A stretch of 64,000 nt of DNA from positions 42,534,001 to 42,598,000 of the forward strand of contig OZ076409.1 in NCBI GenBank assembly GCA_964187785.1, in the 5' to 3' direction. The first letter of the stretch is position 1, and each line of letters opens with the position of its first letter. The notes beneath the pieces are model-generated. The model saw nothing but the letters and a program-made list of their open reading frames with translations. It made no database searches and had not been told where the DNA came from. Both the position numbers and the translations under genes were made by a program. This document shows positions 51,100 through 64,000 of this stretch, piece after piece. Source of the DNA: Amphiscolops sp. MND2022 (lineage: Eukaryota).

Positions 51100-52399
51100 C
51101 AGTCATCTTCAAAATGATTCGGCACTTTCAAATTAAAAACGTTTTTCAAAGATACTTCATTTTTTCAGGGTAATTGAACTAAACTAATTTCGACAACTAA
51201 ACAGTTTCAACAAATTTTGTATCGAGTAGTGTTTCCCCTTGTTAATATAACAACTTCAATTCTATCGGGGATTGTTTTGTAAGTCGACAATTTTTTGATC
51301 TGCAATAGCATAAAATGCTTCCTGTACCTTTGCCCATAACTGATCCATGTTGTCAAATTCGAGCCCGTCTAAGGCGCCCTTCAAGGTTTTCTCTATGTGT
51401 TCAATAATATTCAGGTCTGTGGGCCTCGCTGGCCAATCAGGAAGTAGGGGTATGCCTAGGTCCTCCATTACCTCTCTTGTCTGCTAAGAACGACGGCAGG
51501 CTGCTTTATCTTGCTGGAATACGAACCCATCTTGAATACTTGGGGCCAAAACACTCTTTAAAATATTTGAAGATTGTGTATTATCGATGGAACCCTGCAC
51601 TCGCCCCAACTGACGGTGCCTCGATGACCAAATACAATCCCATACCATAAGTTGTTTTTTGTTGTGATTTTTTGGATACTTTGCCATTTCGATTTGTAGC
51701 TTTCAAAGGTTTTGCTTGGTCGATGCACAAACTGGGCCTTTTTGAGACTGGTCTGTCATAGTTTCGTCTAAGAAGCCCACTTTTTCTCACTTTTCAACTG
51801 TGTTTTTTGTGTTTTTTGCACCACTCAAATCTGGCAGTTTTGTTGACCTTGGGTAAAATCGGTTTTTTGGCAGCAACTTGTCGGTTAAGCCCCTTTTTTG
51901 TCAAAAGTTACGCTTGACGTGTGGAAACTTTGTGACCTTGGCTCCTCTCAATTTCCTGTCGTTCCGCGGTTAAAAAGGGACATGCTTTTGAAAGTCGCCC
52001 TAGCAAGCGTTTGGAATAAATGGGGACTTTGGGTGGTCTCCCACTGCTAACGGAGGGTGTCACGTGTCCGTCTCTCTTTTATTTTGATATAATATCACCC
52101 ACTGTTGATCTGGGAATGCCTGTAAGTTTCGAAATTTCCATCTGCGAATAACTTTGGTTGTAAATCCGGACAACCATGTTCCGGGCAAACATGGGCATGG
52201 GCTTACCCATAATTTTACCATTACTAAAATTTTTTTGTCAAATGTGTGCGTCAAACAAAAAGATAAATTACACGAGTCAATGTTTCATGTCAAAAATGGT
52301 AAACGCAATTAACACAAGTCAACAAAAACCTGCCCAACGCAAAAAACGCCTCGAAAACTAAGCTCTTTGAGATCTTTTGAATCATTTTGACCACGACTG
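51100..52399 (-). mobile_element. Tc1-family DNA transposon (~1.3 kb) with decayed transposase
   Basis: Imperfect TIRs cagtcatcttcaaaatgattc / gaatcattttgaccacgactg; LMVWDCI, FVFQQDKAACR, WPARPTDLNIIEH motifs at ~51260-51690. Confidence 0.9.
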
Positions 52400-52879
52400 C
52401 AAAAAAAAACCCAATTCGTGCATGATTAGTGAAATTTTTGAATGTTTAAATTCATGTAGATAGAGTTCAACGCCAAAACAACCTTCTATCTAGAAAGTTT
52501 TTGATGAAACGTTTCGATTTTTTTCTCGAAACCAATGACTAAAAGCAGACTCAAAGTTTCAAAACTTTCAATTTTTCATCTTTCCGTTGAAACACCTTAT
52601 GATTTCTCTGATACTTCAATAAAAAAGGGCGATTTATAGCGGTGATTGCAGAGCAGCCTATGATGAACTGCAGCCAAGCTGCAACGTATTACTTGAACCT
52701 ACGAGCTAAACCAAAGATCAGGACCTTACAATAAGTGTGAGGCAACGACACACACCCAGCGACAGGTCAGATCAGGCGACAACTCAAATCAAATGGAAAA
52801 AGTGACAACTTAATTCAATGAGGAAAAGTGTCAACATGTATCAAATATCAAAAGTGGCAACTTTTTACCAAGGGAAAAC

Positions 52880-53960
52880 TCAAGCACTGGCCTTCAAATT
52901 TTTCACGTTCTGGGTGTGACGTTGTGGGTGGCGGCTTGTTATTTGTAGTTGTGTTTGTCGAAGTGACCGCGCTAAAGGACTGAATTGTCGTCTGGGGCGT
53001 CGTAAATTGTTGATATTGGGTACTTACGCATTAAGTAAGTATTGATTTCTTCGGGGGAACTCTCTTCCTTTTTGGCCATGGTGAGTTCTTGCAGAATCTC
53101 GACCGGAAGTTTGCCGAACAAGATCATCTTGATAACCTTGTCGACTTCTGACCCAAACGTTTGTTTGGCGATCTGTTTCAGGCTTTTGAAGAAATCTCCA
53201 GTACTTTCTGATGTGGGATCGTATCTGGCCTAATCCCAATTGTAACGGGCCACTTCCTTCAGGTCCTCTTTGGCGAATTCTTTTTTGAAGAGGTCTAGAA
53301 CTTCTTTCAGTGTGGTTTTTTACACAATTTGAACTGACTGCCAACATTCTGTGTCGTCATCTCTCTCAGCAGGCTCTGGAATAAATGAAGCTTATTCTCT
53401 TCGGTGATCTTGTTTGCTAGTGGGCTCAGGTGGTTCAGTGGTAGATGTTCAAATTCAACAAATTTGTCGTTTTGTCCTCGGAAATTCGGGACGTGTGTCT
53501 GCAGCAGTTTGGTGTTTGTCGTTAAATTTTAATACGTTGGGGGATTGTTTCGATGGCATTTAACAGTCGTTCTTCATTGCTTCTTGGGGTTGCATCTCCG
53601 TAGTTATCGGTGTCGTCATCATGGTATTGTCGACTATTGTAACTCCTGTCACCCTGTCAAGCCTACTACGAGACTGCTTTGGAGAATCCTGGGAACTGCC
53701 TGGTGGACCATCTTCGATTGGCTTGTTTTTGATAGTCATCATCAGGTCCTTCGTGTGACTGAATTTTGCTTGCAATTCATTTATTTCCTTCTCATAATTC
53801 TCCCTTATTTCGGTTAACTGGGAAGAAATTTCGGAGTTGTCGTTGAAATCGGAATCTGCGAGGTTTGAGTCAGTCATTGCGGAAGTTATCACAGTGTTCG
53901 TTTCGGGTGGAAAATCATTGATCTTGCCGTTTTAAGTTTGGTTCCTTGTTCTATGCTCAT
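52880..53960 (-). pseudogene. Ty3/gypsy gag remnant
   Basis: Coiled-coil N-terminus, then VPNFRGQNDKFVEFEHL..ITEENKLHLFQSLL and ARYDP..DFFKSLKQIAKQ..LFGKLP; PBS-like site upstream. Confidence 0.75.
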
Positions 53961-54448
53961 GTGACTATGAGAAAATGGTTTTGAGCAAAGACTGGATTAT
54001 TTGATGGTTTATCGATGATTTATTCACTATTTTGTAGCTTTTGGGAATATACTCAATTCACTAATCTGAACTGCGACAGCTTTTCGATGAGTTTACTTGA
54101 AGTCAAACAGACGGTAACAAATGAGGTGATTTAACAAGGATGTTTGGTGGAGTTCATCACAAATGTATCAGTGTTTTTCGTTACGAATTGAGTCGTCAGC
54201 TAGTGATTCAAAACTAGGTATCAAGGTAAATGTCGATGGATTTCTGATGGAAAATGTTGGCGTTTTATCCCAACTGTACTCAACTAGTCGTAATCATTCT
54301 CTGACTAATCAATAATGGCAGTTCAAACTGCACCAATTTGCGTGACTTGTTTGGATGGTAAGACTCAATTATTACCATCCTTTGCTTTCATTGGTTAGAC
54401 CAGTTGATGTCAATCGGTAAGTCATGTTACTACCAGTGGTGCGAATTG

Positions 54449-55590
54449 CCGCAGGATGGCCACCTCATATGTAAAATCTGCATATTGCGCTAATTAATAA
54501 AGAATCATAACTTTACAGTTTTTGAAATTGTTTGAACAAAGACAATGGTAACAATGGAGACACGAATGCGGTAAGAATTCACATCCAAATTACAAGTACT
54601 GAATCACAATCAAACCAAATGCCCCAAATGCCGACTAAACGATGAAGTTTAAGTAATACAGACCACTTTAGTCACTTTTTGGGATCAATGATAGATAAAC
54701 GATGAATAAAGGTTGAACTTCCTCTCAGATTTATTATTTCTAACACACTTTCAAGTTCGTCGGTGAGAAATCGATATTTTTTCCCTAAATATGTCAGTAT
54801 CCCAGCACAATCGCTCATTTATGGATGAAATTAAGATATTTGTTCTACTTCTCAGCTTTCTGTAGCACTGTGATAATCTTCTGATGTGTTTTACAATTGA
54901 AAAACAAGAAGTACATTTAATCGAAACATCAATATAAATCATAAGCACACCTTGCAAGTTCGCTGATGAACTTGTGATGTATTACTGGTGGTAAAACTAC
55001 CAAATTATAACAAGCGATAAGTTAGTGATGAGTTTAGACTTTTAAGTTTAAGTTGCACAAAATCCGCTGATGGGTTTGCGATGAACTTTTGTATAATTCA
55101 TTAAAGAATGTGATCAGCAAATCCGCTGACGGATTTGTGATGAATTTTCAACAAAGGCACCACTCTCCGCGCCAAATTACTGTAACTCGTCTCGTTGATG
55201 TAAAAAGAATGCACGTTTCTGTCTATTCGTCACATAAATTAGTAATGATGAGTTTCTATGATCCGGATTGTCACAATGGTTTACTCTGAGGCGGGAGTTT
55301 GCCAAGTAACTTGGAATCCATCTCGTTTCTGTCTATGGGTCCAGTCTTACCGAAAATAGTTTTTCTCCCTTATCGTAATAATCCATTTTTTAGGTACAGC
55401 ACCTTTATTGGCATGATTGTGTTTGCGGATATTGGAACTAGAGTGCTCAATATTAGTTAATACATGTCTCAAACTCAAGGAGGGGGAACTGGAATTAGAT
55501 ACAAGTAACCTAGAATTGCGCACAACCATAGCTCCTATTATGAGACTTCATATTGCCCATAGATAAGTACATAAGTCATAGTATTTTACA
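54449..55590 (-). repeat. Candidate LTR (54470-55590) with PBS-like site (54449-54462)
   Basis: tgtaaaat...attttaca inverted ends; minus strand TTTACA-TATGAGG-TGGCCATCCTGC (tRNA-Arg-like). No partner LTR in the window and no clear PPT, so the right boundary is uncertain. Confidence 0.45.
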
Positions 55591-58279
55591 TTACAGATAT
55601 TTAGTAGGTTATATTTCTATCATGCTGGCATAACACTCCCAGGGGAGGGATTTGGAACGAGAGTATAGGGGCCAAATGTGAAGAGGATGGTTGCCTCAGC
55701 TTGGGCTTCGACTTTGTCCTTCGTTTGTCTGGGGGAGTAATTCCTTCGTTGGTACTTGTGACTGTGTCCTTGGTTAGTTCTGTCCTTGTAAGTCTTCTCT
55801 GAGAAGCGGACATTTGTCAACGTTTGTAACTGGCAAATCCTCGGTCAGTTTGGTTAAATTGTTGCGTGAAGTCTAGTTCTTGGCTCTGTCGAATGTCCGC
55901 TGATCTGCCATTTGCGATTGTCATACTTTTGGTCAGGAGATGAATGGCTGTTGATTCGTGTGAAGGTTTGTTTGTTGTACTGTAATTTTCCTCTCACCTC
56001 TCACGCTAAACGAACATTCAATGGAGGAGCCATTGTTGACTTTGCAGTTAACTGGCCTTGTTAACATTCACTGATTCACGGCAATAAGAAAGAGATAACT
56101 TGTTGCCATTGCAACCTGAGAGTCATATGATTGGCTGAGACTGAATTTTGAAAGTGGAAAATAACAACTGTCTGTAAGCAGCAAGATCTTCGTGAATTAG
56201 GCTGTCTAAAGTCAGTTGAAATCGCCACGATTTCCTTAGCGCGTTTCCGCTCATGTTCGTCGTAATTGGCCTGAGACTGACAGCTGTCCTCAACCAAATA
56301 CTTAAAGATTTTCGTAATTGTCTATTCTGGGGCTGTCGTTCAGTCAAAAACGCTGTGGTAAGTTGTTTTGGAAGTAAAATTGAAGTATTTTTCATCGGTT
56401 CATCATCTTGTGATTTCAAGTATTTGGTTTATCGTTTTCTTTCGAGCTGTCATCGCCTTTTGCATTTCGTCGTGAATTTGGAGCGCTGAAAATATGGTTG
56501 ATCAGGCCATTTAATTTTTGATCAAATTCTTGTCTTGACTTTGCTTCGATTATGTTTCTTTCTTAAACCACTTCCGTTCTTTCCAGATCTTGACTTGTCC
56601 TGCATTGCAGTGTCTGATGACGTTTCTTCAGTCCATTCTTTACCTGAGACCGAGTCTCAAGAAAGTAAGTGGTGCACTTTTCATCTGTTTAAACATCGAT
56701 TCGGATGGTAGGAAACAGCCCATTTTACTATTTAGCTGATTCGATCCCTCGACGGTTGGTATTGTGTCGGAGTTGACAACTCTGGAGACCGTGCCGCCTC
56801 TGCCTGCTCCCGAGACGTACGTCAATGTGACCGTTCCTCCTTCTGATTCCGACTACTTGATGGTGCAGTCTTCTTCATCGACCGTTCGTGACTTAAACGT
56901 GTACCATCCACAGTGTAAGTAGCTCCTTCCAAACACTTAACTCAGCCGTAAAGCGTCTTCTTTCCATCACCATGATCCGAGAATCAATTCCTCACCTTTG
57001 TGTTCAAATTTTGTCCCATGACAAACTTCCATAGGCAGCGTATCTCTAGAGTGGTATGATCGATACTACGTGACATGCTTCGTGAGAGCGTCCAACAGTA
57101 CAGTAAGTTCAAGATTTGCATTTGTTTCTTCTTCGTAATATCGTCCAAACATTCCGATGTAATTCCGATGTTCCCATCTTATCTTCATGTAGTGTTTTTT
57201 GTGGTCGACATAACTTTGAGTTTTTTGTGATGTATGTGTCATAACTTTCACATTTTTGGCCGATTTCAATTTTTCTTTTTCATCGTCTTGTATCTTGACG
57301 ATATGTTTGTGATGAGATTGTATTCTTCAGGTTCAACTCCAATTCATGCTCCAAGGCCTCTCCATCTTACCTCTACCATCTCCATTGGTACGAGTGATAT
57401 TCGGGCTGCTATGGCGGATGCTGCTACTCAAGTTGATCCGCAGCATTTGGAACTTTCTTCATTTCTCAATGAGCAATCCTTTTCTGCCACCAGTTCTTCT
57501 TTCTCGAGACCAGTGAGCACTCAAGCTTCTCCGAGCTTCCGACGCTTCTTCGAAGCTGAGACTTCGATGGGAGGGCGTCCACTTGCCTGTCTCTGTATCT
57601 GCAAGTCCACCTCTACTAGCGACTTGGTCCGTTGTGGTACGTGGCCATTTGCAATGGAGGTCTTCTCTCCTCTGTCGATCGTGTCACATCAACTGTTAAC
57701 CTCATTGTCAGATCTGATGTTGCCACTGAGTCTGATCCTGCTGTAGTTTCTCCTTCCGATATCACTCTGCCTCCTTGTAAAGACCTTGATTTGCCGATTT
57801 TGATGCTGCGTCAACAGTTGACTTCGTCACTGATCAACCTTCTTCAGAAATGTTACTCTCCTAGCTGAGGATGTTCCCGAAGAAACGTAAAGAGTGGGAT
57901 CCAGTTTGGTCAATTCTGATGACGAACTGCTCGCCTCCCGACTGCCAGGTTATCTAAACAGCTTTTAGAAACTTGTGAAGACTCGTTTTTTTATTCATAT
58001 GATTTTTTTGTGATTGCATTTTTTTTCTATTTCAACCGAGAGCTAAATTTTTCAAACTAAAACATGGCTTTTTCAACATTCATGCATTTTTGATTTTTGG
58101 TCCTTGTTTCCAGACGAAAATATCGTTTTGCATCTTTGTTTCAACTCTCCCCGAGTTTTTTCATTTTTTGAAACTTTGTCTTTAGGATGGAGTAGAGATG
58201 TTCGTTTCATTTTTGGTTGTTTGTCTTTTATTTCGTTATTGTAAGGCTTAATACGTGACTTGTTTCCCTGCATTTATAG

Positions 58280-60570
58280 GGCAAAAAGTGATTAAGTCTG
58301 GCTGGTTTGATCACGAATACTGTGGACTGGCCTTGGGATACGCGCGTAATCATCAGTCGCGTCTGTCTTACGTTCGTTGCCTAATCTGCAAGCGCGATAT
58401 CAAGGTGGCAGCCGAGCCATGGATTACAATCTTTCTGAAGCATTGTCGGGGGCTCCGTTACCATCGTCTGGATTGCATCGTGCATCTACACCTGGGCCTT
58501 GTGCTACGCAGACGTGACGGTACTTTGATGACGAATGAGGTGGCTGTTGGATGTCGAACTACATTTGGGGGGCCACTGTGCCTCAAGTCGAGCAGTGTCC
58601 CACTCTCACTGTTCTTGAGGTATTTGAGCATGAGTTAGGTGGGAGAGCAGTGTGGGGTGATGACCAACACGATGACAACTGGCCGGAAAGAACCGCTCGC
58701 TTACTTGTCGGCTTAGTTCTCGACGCCATCTACCGTGACTGCCAATTGTCAAGCGTCACTAGCTTGTGGGTCGTGATGGTGGCATCTGAGCCTCAACACG
58801 CGCTACTTCTCGGACCAAATTGCCAAACCGGTGACGTCATGGTAAGTAAAAACATTTATTGCTATATTATGGGAATTAAAGTTTTGGATTGTGGTTTTCG
58901 TCGTTTTTGTATCTAGGCGCAATATAGATACATCAATTGGTAGGGAGATTTTCATCTTGTCTTCATCTTGCGGTCATAGACTCTTTTGCTTGGTTATTTT
59001 TTCTCTACGTCTGAGTTTTGTTTGTCTTTATTAGCGTAGGGTCTTATTGGGACTCTGGACGTATTCCATGCGTAGGCTCATCACTGTGTGGAATAACAGC
59101 AGTTTCAACAGTTTCTCACCAACTGTTTCCTCCAACTATCAAGTGAACGGGACAGTGACTCTGTGTGCTCTCGGTGGAGTCCATAACTACGTGGTGTTTG
59201 CCTTCAGTCTGGTTTGGTACTGGGAGCACTGTGTGGTTACATGGTTGATTATCATGTGGTGTTGCATGCTCAGTTAACCTGTTCCTCTTGGTCTGAGTTG
59301 TGATGCGTTGCCTCAGCTGAGTGGGTTTTTTCAATCTTCAACCGAAGTTGGATCCGTTGAGTTAAAGCCTCTGTTGCTCTCTGACCTGATTCGTACTGTC
59401 GTGGAAGTCAGTGGTCGCGTTCTGGGTGGTACCGACATTCACGTGGTGCTCAACCACCTGCAGAAGCGACTAAAGGGTTTCGTCAAAGACCCACTTCTAC
59501 TCGGCTGTCCACACCTTTTGCAAGTAGGTATACGGTTTTCTTGTGGCCTACGCTTTTTCGAGACTTTTTAAAATAATGCCTCCAGAACGTGTTTATTGCT
59601 TGTGTGCATTTTAATCTCTCGTTATCTTGACACTGTGTTACTGCTTATAGGCTATATCTTCTCAGGTGAGGTTTACATCTGGACACTAGCTGACGAGTGC
59701 GACGAGTTACGTGCGAATTGGACAGAAATCTTGTGTTTATTGGGCTTTTCGAATGGAGAGGGGTCACTTGATCCACTGGGTCTTACTTTGCGTGTTGAAG
59801 TCGGCACACCCATCAGATTCCGTGCTCTGAGTTTTGTTTACCACGCGCGTTAGTATGTATACTTGCTTGCGTATATCCTTTTGATCCAGTCTTTTCGGTT
59901 AATTATCTGTCGTTATTGAAAGACTTTGTTTGAGAAATTTAATTGCTTTTTTGCAGTTTCACTCTACGTAAGTTGGCAATTCTTACGAATGGAGTTTTGG
60001 TTATTCGCCCTTCAGGAACTGCCAATGCGCCAGTGAGAGCGTCAAGTTCATCAGGGCTCTTTTGGTTACCTTAGTGGAGGAAGAGAATCTGCCTTCCGAG
60101 CTAGACGCGAGGCAGTGGTTGTTCTTAGAAGTAAGTATTTAGTTGTCTCCGAATCCAAGCACCAGTCGCTACGCGCTACCTTCCGTAATGACGAGAATTT
60201 GTCTGAGAATGAAACACTTTATGAAGAAGATCTGTCTCGTGCGCCGATCTTTCGATTTATTGTACTTATCCATTCATACATCTTAGGACGGAATTGGCCA
60301 CTTGTCTGACGACGTCACGAGTTGCGTCTGTTCTGTTTTTCTTGGCTACTTAGGGCTCATCACGTGCGCAACTATGAAAGTGTAAGCGGTCCCTTACTGG
60401 AAGAAGTCTTAGAAGCTAACAGAAGACTAGTATATTTAGCTGAGTTTTCCGACGACATGCTGTGGGACGACGTTGGGATCGTTGCCGGTGAAGAGTAGAG
60501 ACACAAATTGTACGCGTGCTTTGGTTATACTATCGCAGGGGAACGCTCTAGGAGTCCAGAGATCGGAAAC
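58280..60570 (+). pseudogene. Decayed multi-exon gene with a BED/C2H2-like zinc finger
   Basis: VRCLICKRDIKVA...FLKHCRGLRYH; GC-richer blocks separated by short T-rich segments with GTAAG donors (~58842, 59968, 60131) and pyrimidine-AG acceptors (~58279, 58916, 59650, 59956, 60016). Confidence 0.5.
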
Positions 60571-62178
60571 TAATGGTGAACTTTCGTAAAACTTTGCAAA
60601 ACTTCATAAACTTGCTTTATTGAACTTTTAGTTTGGTTTCATAGTCCTTTGGGATTCCGGAGAAATAGTAGTTAAGCTTCAAGCAAAAGTACTGCGTCAA
60701 AAAATGCACTAGTACAGTTTTGTGTGTGAATTCAAAATGGACCCCTCTAATGTCTTTTCAATTGAGTGTTGATATTTGTACAGCAAAAGCGATTTTGTTT
60801 CTCAGTAATGCAGGTAATTCGTTGGCTAACTTTGTCTTTCGCTAAGGCTCTATAATTACGTGTTTTTCTAGTTGGTAGGTCAACGAAACTCATCGTCTCT
60901 CCATTAACCACTATTCCATTAGTCACTATATGTAGTTTCCATGGCCTAATATAAAGCGAGGCGGAGCCCACGAATAGTCAACCTTGACTAGGGACTAAAC
61001 CAATCACATAGCTTTCTCAATTTTGAGCTTTTCATCGTCCATTTTTTATCTCCATCCTGTGTTTAGCAATCAGCTACGTAGCTCGCTTTTCTAACGTTTG
61101 TCATCGTATTTTTGTCAGAGTTTTCCAGTTGCAATTTTACATGAAATTACATGTGTTTTCATACGTTCGTCATCGTCTTTTCATCTCAGAAATTTTACAA
61201 AATTTGGTTGAAATCACTTGTCACGCTCATTTAGGTTGCTTGTCGAATATTTTTTTCAAGTTTTGTTCTCGAATTTAGACAGGCTTTTGGCGTCACAAAA
61301 CCCCTACAAAATTAAGTAGGAATCCACTGTGTCATCGGCTACACGGGAAGCACAGTTTCATCCGAATGGTTGTGAGCCCCCTAGTTAACAAGCATCTTTA
61401 CAGAGGAATGCCCGCCAGCATGAACGAATGATTTCCTATCGTGGCGTTGTTGTTTTAGTTATCTTATACTGAGTTACTAGGGGCCGCTCTCACTTCAATT
61501 AGAGTTTTGTATTCGTTGTCCAGTCTTGCTTTCTTGTATGTGTTTTAACAATCTTCATATATTTCCGGGCTCCAGTCGTTTATTTCTCTTTTTTATGTTG
61601 GTTTGTTCTGCATGAATTGCATATAATATAACGCGTTGAAGATCTCATTACATATGTTCTACCATGTCGACTTACTCATTTGTTTACGTGTTCATTGCGC
61701 CTACCTGTCTAATTCAGTAACATCACATTGACCTGTGTCAGTTTCTTGACTACATGTATGCATTCTTGGTTCTTTGATGACTTGTCCCGTTTTTCTATTC
61801 GAAAACTCATCGCTCCACGTATGTCTCTCTTGATGGTAAAGTGATGAGTTTTCTCACTAAGTTTTCGATTGCGCGAGTGTTCTGATGGCATTTCCCATCA
61901 CAAGTACATCGCCTTTCTCAATTTTAACTGTCTACATATAAATTCTCGCGAAACTCATCATTTTTACATCCGTGTTTCAGCAAATGTGCGGTTACTTGTA
62001 ATTTCCATCGGTCTTTAGCCTCAATGCGAATTCAATTCTTTCTCCATGTGATCAACTTCAGTTTCCATCTGTTTTACATCTACATATTTCACGTGTATGC
62101 TAGTTACATGTTTTTTAGTTGAAATTGGCAAGTTTTCATCACTGAAGCATCTTAAGGTGTCTAGGTCGTTACATATCG

Positions 62179-64000
62179 CTAGTTTATCAAAATTGCGTTG
62201 TTAGTGTTTCTCAAGGCGTTTCGCACTGTTGTAATCTCGTATATGAGGAAGTCTGGATATGTTTTCGGAGTTGGGTTCTCCCGTAGCCCGTAGCTACTCT
62301 GGTTTTTTCTAGACAGTCTAGAATTAATCCTATCCTCATCCTCAGTTCCTGCTTGCGTCCTCTGGTTTGCTTCTTTGGGTTGTTCGGTCCTGAGAGGTAA
62401 TATCATCTCACTCTCATTGCGAGGGAGTGGCAGCATAATTTCTTCTTGCAATCCAAAGCGAACACTAAGCGGTCTAAAATCATTAATCTCAACCTCAACG
62501 CGGGATTTGTCTGTTCTGGTGAGTAAATCGGGCATTGTCTCGATTTGTCTATCTTGTCTTGGTTCTATATGTCTGGTGACGGTTTCTTCTGAAGGTTCAT
62601 TTTCGTTGAAGTCTTGGTCTAAATTGGTCTCTCCGTGTTGATATATTTTGTCGGTTCTCGGAAAATTCGAGTCAAACATGTCCGTATCTTCAACCCTTTC
62701 AATATCTGGGTAAATTTGTTTGGACACACTTATGTCATCGATACTAAACTCCGGTTTGAAAGTTTGAAAAGTCTCAGACGCATGAGACGCACTGAGTTTT
62801 GTGTTTCCCTATTTTCCGGATGATGTACTTACTATCGGACAGCACTTTCATCACCTTGTACGGTCCTTTCCAGTGGAATGTTTTAAACTCTTCCTTGCTA
62901 CTCTGAGATTCCTACTTCAGGTCTAAGAGGAACACAAATTAGTTTACTTCCAGTGGTTGTGCTCCGGCTTTCCTATCAAAGTACATTTTGTACTTGTGAT
63001 AGGCAGAGATTATGTGGTCTGAATTTTCTCGGAATACCAAGTTCATTTTATCCAGAATCTCGTTTACGTCCTTGCACTTAGTCTCAGATTGTTTCTGTGA
63101 ACTTCTGAACCGTAGATCGAGCGAGTTATATGGGACCCATCCGTGGAATATCTCCGTCGGAGAACACTTCAATGAATCATGGTATGTTGTATTATGGGCC
63201 GTAATTGCTATATCGACATTGCGGTCCCATTGCGGTCTATCAGCTTTAAACTGTGATTAAGGATTTTCTTCAGCTTAGCGTGACTCCTCTCAACCATGCC
63301 TATTGTTTGAGCGTGCTTTATTGTCGCATGTGAGATGTGTATGTCAGCCGCCTTCGCAAGAGCAGTCAGTAGTTGATCAGTGAACGCTGTTTTTTAATCC
63401 GTCAGGATGTGCTTCAGCACATAGGCGTATCTCGTAAATTCAACAATAGTCCTTTAACTAGCCAGATTGCGTGTCTGGTCGTCTTAACGGTACTGTGAAC
63501 AAATATCTGGAAAGAACGTCAACTGCCGTTAGAATGTGCGTAAACCCGTTTGACGCAGGGAGTAGACCTACTATGTCTATTTCAAACATGTCTTCTGGTC
63601 CGTCGCAGGGGTCGCAGATTTTCTATAACGGTGGACGTAACTGGGACTCATTTAAGCTTTTCTATTTCATACAAATATCACATCCGTCTATCACCTTTTG
63701 GAATTGGGTTGCTAAACCTGGCGAGTAATATCTCTGACGTAATTCATGCAGCATTTTCTTTGAACCGGGTGTCTTTGTACTGGGCTGTTATGGCGTACCC
63801 TTATGATTTCTATTACACAGTTTGAAGGAACAACTTGCTGTTCATGAGACCCCAGGCCTGTGTGATTAAAGCACTGCCTGTACAGGACACCATTTACAAC
63901 TTGAAGTCTTTTACGGTTTTTGTAGAGTTTCTGAAAAAACTGGTCTTGCTTGTTAACTGGGTGTTGCAAAATTCCGAACCCTTCCAACTCTCTACTCTTT
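62179..64000 (-). pseudogene. Ty3/gypsy integrase remnant (runs off the window end)
   Basis: NGVLYR..IIRVRHNSPVQRHP, FEIDIVGLLPASNGFTHILTAVDVLSRY, IGMVERSH, HNTTYHDSLKCSPTEIFHG, WKGPYKV, tail SYGLRENP. Confidence 0.92.

Overview
Eukaryotic (metazoan-like), AT-rich window made almost entirely of transposable elements; no intact host gene is recognisable. The centrepiece is an ~11.3-kb LTR element on the minus strand (3698-15033) with ~746-bp TG..CA LTRs about 98% identical, a tRNA-Arg-like PBS and a PPT. It has no recognisable capsid, protease, RT, RNase H or integrase. It carries two long cargo ORFs instead: a 662-aa protein with an AT-hook, a Cys cluster and two tandem TARG1/OARD1-like macrodomains, and a disrupted ~1,430-aa protein with an SGNH-esterase-like domain behind an env-style splice acceptor. 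A decayed gag-pol-containing relative (~32-43.8 kb, + strand) has the same macrodomain module after its integrase and the same PBS offset ~15 nt from the LTR. The window also holds a Helentron-type non-autonomous (HINE/DINE-1-like) repeat family with an internal tRNA-like Pol III promoter, a ~2.2-kb tandem triplication, a degenerate ~183-bp satellite, a LINE RT fragment, a Tc1 transposon, a possible hAT remnant, further Ty3/gypsy gag and integrase remnants, and a decayed spliced zinc-finger gene. All protein-family calls are by-eye motif recognition; no database search was run.
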